In this document: positions 60,122-64,000 of the stretch, piece after piece
How positions within the stretch are numbered: position 1 is the stretch's first letter
Layout of the letters: each line of letters begins with the position of its first letter
NCBI RefSeq assembly: GCF_009914755.1
Contig: NC_060936.1
DNA: 64,000 nt
Direction: 5' to 3' (one strand)
Source: the human T2T-CHM13v2.0 reference genome, Homo sapiens
Program-made: the position numbers and the translations under genes
The notes under the pieces: generated by a model
What the model saw: the letters and a program-made list of their open reading frames with translations, nothing else
Told to the model about the DNA's origin: nothing
The model's database searches: none

Positions 60122-60208
60122 GCTTTTCCTTCTCAAGACTTGTTCCCGTAGCTTTTCCTTCTCAAGACTTGTTCCCGTAGCTTTTCCTTCTCAAGACTTG
60201 TTCCCGTA
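60122..60208. repeat. Perfect 29-bp tandem triplication
   Basis: (gcttttccttctcaagacttgttcccgta)x3. Confidence 0.97.
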
Positions 60209-61289
60209 AGTAGTTAAGATAAAAATGAGATTAAACAGAAACATTAAGTATCCTCTACTTGGACCTATCACAGAGTGCTCATTTATTAAAAAAAATAGTT
60301 AGATTCTGGTAAATATTAAACATATTAGCCTAATCAGCTACCTCTTACTCTAGTAAATAATTAACACTTCTCTTCACGCTTACAGAAGGAAATGCCATAG
60401 CTCCTCTTGCTTGTAGAAAATCAATCTTCCATTGAGGAAGTGCCTTTTTAAAGTAAAACACTGCTTGTATTTGAATGAAGTGGGGACATCTTAAAGGAAA
60501 CCTATTGCAGATTGGTTAAGGACTTGTGCTTTTCAGTCAAGACTTAATAACTATATATGTAGGCCCAAATAACAAATTGAGGGCACAAAAGGGATACCAA
60601 GTTCCCAAACTCTTAAAGCCATTTAGGATGTCAAGTTCTGAGAACAAATGTAATTTCAGGTCATTGTTAAAAACCCAAGAGTGGCATTCTTTCATTTAGC
60701 ACTTCCCTTACCTGTTTTAACTCCTCAACTTTGTGAACCTCCTTCATTTATTGGCTCTTTTATCCCAGCCTAAACTGTTGTGTTCAGGGGTATATGTATA
60801 TATGTATGTGTGTATACATATATAAACATAAATAATTGTATATTTAAATATATTCAAATTTTAAATGACTTCTTGTCTCTTTCTATAACCAGATCTCTCT
60901 AATTTTCCTCCAGAATACCTAATCTAGACTTGGAAATTAATTAATCGCAGTTAAAATAATTTGTGCAAGACATAATGCTTAGAGTACAACATGGATTCTT
61001 CTTACATAACCATCACAACTACTCTGTGTGGGTTGAGACAGTATATTCTCATTTACAGATGGAAAAAATGGACTAGCCCAAGGTTTTAGAGGAAATCTAT
61101 GATAGTGCTGATGATCTGAAATCTATTGCCATTGCTCACTTTAGCTGACAGTACTTGAAAGACAAACCTTTGTTTGCTTTATAAAATGTATTCAATCTGA
61201 GAAAACTGATTGCAAAAAGGGTAAAAAGTAAAAATGGAAATAAATTTAAAGTGTGTCTAATTATTGGCACTTTGGTACTGTTTCTTTAT

Positions 61290-61570
61290 ATATCAAGCTA
61301 TTACATGCTACACCTTCTGGCTAGAATGCTCTTCACTCCCAGTACTTTACTAGGCTAAATTTCTTACTAATTTTTCAAGTCTCAACTCAGGATTGCTTCC
61401 CTGAAGAAGATATGTGTGGCAGCCAAACTGCGTCAATTTCTTCCATAACACCTTGCACATAGCTGTTTCTTAAGTACTTTTAACTGAGGAAGAATTGGAT
61501 ATTGATTTCTTGTACGGTCAGCTCCTAACATAGACCTGTCATAGAATAAATATTTGTTGAATGAATGCAT
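61290..61570 (+). mobile_element. L2 3' end
   Basis: 'ctggctagaatgctctt', 'aataaatatttgttgaatgaatg'. Confidence 0.7.
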
Positions 61571-62569
61571 GATTGAGTTCCCTACATATCAAGTTGTTTT
61601 GAAATAGATTAGAATTATATGTCAGGTATGCAAAGTGTTGCAGCAACAGATGAAGGAGCGAGAACATACTATACAGCAAAAAGGACAGAGCTGATGCATG
61701 AGGCAAAATAGTTTGAAGAGATCAAATATGTTCATAGAAAAAAAAAAGCATATATTTAGAAAGCAAAAAAAGCCCAAGAAAGACAATTGAACATGTAATT
61801 GCTGACAGTATGCAGAGTAAAATGGAGACAAAGATGAAGTTAAACTGAAGATATTTCCTGGAGAAAGTTCTGAATCCCCAAATTCCCCCTTCTTATACAA
61901 CCAGGTGTTTTGGAACGAACGTTGATTGTAGAGTTAAATTGTGTTCTTAACCCGTTCTGCAGCCAGAAGCAGATGGGATATTGTATCTTTTTTAGTAGTA
62001 TGGAAATGACTATAAATATGCTAAACATTAGTTCACCAACTGCTTATTTTCTTACTTCATTAGAGAAGAAAATTACCCCATTTGTAGAATGTTTCATTTC
62101 CTTTTCCACAGAGCTGATCACTAAAGCGTAGGTCTTACTGACATGGAAATTATTTCGGAACAATAAGAAGAAAGCTACATAGCACATTATCTAAATTATT
62201 GAATTCTTACAAAATCAAGGTAGAGGTCAGAAGTAGGATGGAATCTTTTTCCAGCTGTTTAGGAAGACGTATTATTAAGGTTTTTATACAATGGTATTAT
62301 GAGAAGATGTTAGGCCATAAAAAGTGACCTGGGCTCGATCTTCTTTATCTTCTCTATCTTGGACTCTATCATGAGGACACTGCACAAAGTGATCTTGAAG
62401 GTCACCCTCACTTGTAAAATCTATGCACTATCCTGCTTTTTGATATATCTTCCTCCAATTACTTGTCCTTTAGTTATTTTGTTGATCATCAATGATCAAC
62501 ATCTATGATGGCCTAACACTTCCTAATCATTTAATTTGAATTCTTGTTAGCAGTTCCTGGGTGGGAATA

Positions 62570-62790
62570 GTTAAAAGAATAGGCTTTGGAAAGGTTGAAT
62601 AGTACATTCACTGGAATTTGCCAGTTTACCAACTATATGAACTCAGTTAAGTTTCTCAACTTCTACTAGCCCAGATTTCCTCATTTGTACGTTGGGGTTA
62701 ATGATAGAACCATGCTCATAGGGTTGTGGTAAGTATTAAATGACATAATGCATGTAAAGTAGTACACATTTATTGACTAACAATAAGTAT
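62570..62790 (+). mobile_element. MIR SINE
   Basis: 'tttcctcatttgtac...ctcatagggttgtggtaagtattaaatgacataatgcatgtaaag'. Confidence 0.8.
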
Positions 62791-64000
62791 TATTTTTGTT
62801 AGTTTTGTGGGAAAATATGTTCATAGTTTCAGATATTTGGATTTTTGTGTGTGAATTTCATTTATTTACATGTTCTTTCCTATTATCCCTGAATAAAACA
62901 AGAGGTTATTTAAAAAATAAAATTTGGTGGGTCGATGATTATAAGAAACACACATGGAGTCTAAATGCTTTATAAACCCTACAGTGTTATTTTTTTATGC
63001 CAAGACCTCAATTAACTTCAGCTGAATACCTGTGAAGTATAAGTCTGTACTAATTATGGATAAAACAATTGGGTATGACACAAACGTGTCATTGACTAAA
63101 TCATGTTTTCTTCCAGTTGATTCAAATCCCTGGCAGCACATAGCCATAATAACAGGCAGGCATGTTGTTACATTGCTTATAAGGTGATTCCAAGATCTCG
63201 GCCATCTGCTTTGAATGGCAAACTGTAGACACTCTCATAAATTAATGTGTGAACTTTGTTGCTTGGCTAAATTATGTTTATCCTGAACTGTATCTGTAGC
63301 TTCTTTGTGCCTTGCAATTTTTTTTCTGTGGAGATGGTTTGTATTAGTGATGTAATGCTGCAAAAGAAATTCTTCTAGGAGCAAATTATTTGTTGTTTGG
63401 TAAAGGCAGTCTATGATCCTGAGACAATTTCATAGACAACATGAGTTTTATGAATTATTTTATTCACAGTTATGATTTCCTAAATAAGGTATAAAATATG
63501 AAATCCTGTACAAAGTAGAAAACCAAAGTCACTTGTTCTCTATTTAGTATTAATCTGAGTTTGTTAAGGATTGGAATTAGTATTATGAAAATTCTTTCTA
63601 TGTATTGGGTACTATATATATATGTTATTTATTATTTACAACTACAACCTTGGCCAGTTAAGTTGCTTACATTTTGAATTTATCGATGTTTATATTGACA
63701 CTCAAAGAAATTAGGATAACCTATCCAAGATCACACAAGTACATAAGCAAGCATGCATTTGAACCCAGGTTAATTTTATTCTAGAATATGTGTTTCCAAT
63801 ATACTACAATGGCATGTTGTGGTATATTCGTGTTTCCATTATACCACAATGGCAAGTATTATGCACTCATGGAGGTCTATCATGGTCCCTGAAATCCAGA
63901 CTTCCTGTAAGTGTAAATTTTACAGTATGTAAATTATGCATTTACATCCTCTAAAATGCATATGTAAAGTATAATAAAAATATACAAAAAAAGCATATGT

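Noticed and set aside
60122-60208. CRISPR-like 29-bp repeats
   Set aside because: There are no spacers and the context is a primate genome; this is a simple tandem triplication.

Overview
This is hominoid (probably human) non-coding genomic DNA, AT-rich and built mostly from nested transposable elements: Alu J/S/Y, L1, L2, MIR, full MSTA and THE1C MaLR proviruses, an ERV-L remnant with a dUTPase trace, Tigger3, MER2 and a hAT MITE. No host protein-coding gene is recognisable. The only real long ORFs belong to a full-length L1PA2/L1PA3-type LINE-1 (30585-36634, minus strand) with an open ORF1 and a broken ORF2. I found no new biological system in the sense of a novel gene cluster. The most interesting signals are mechanistic fossils: (1) a roughly 140-bp, apparently two-step 3' transduction inside the TSDs of the full-length L1; (2) a 278-bp insertion that is a permuted copy of a 350-bp segment 2.4 kb away, bounded by microhomology (circle reintegration or template switching); (3) a 98-bp chimeric insertion templated from two flanking loci; (4) an old twin-primed, 5'-inverted L1MA with recognisable TSDs; (5) a 150-nt hairpin and several template-switch inverted repeats; (6) two AT-rich minisatellites with hairpin-forming units. 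Subfamily calls come from recalled consensus sequences, not from running RepeatMasker, and boundaries of old repeats are approximate.
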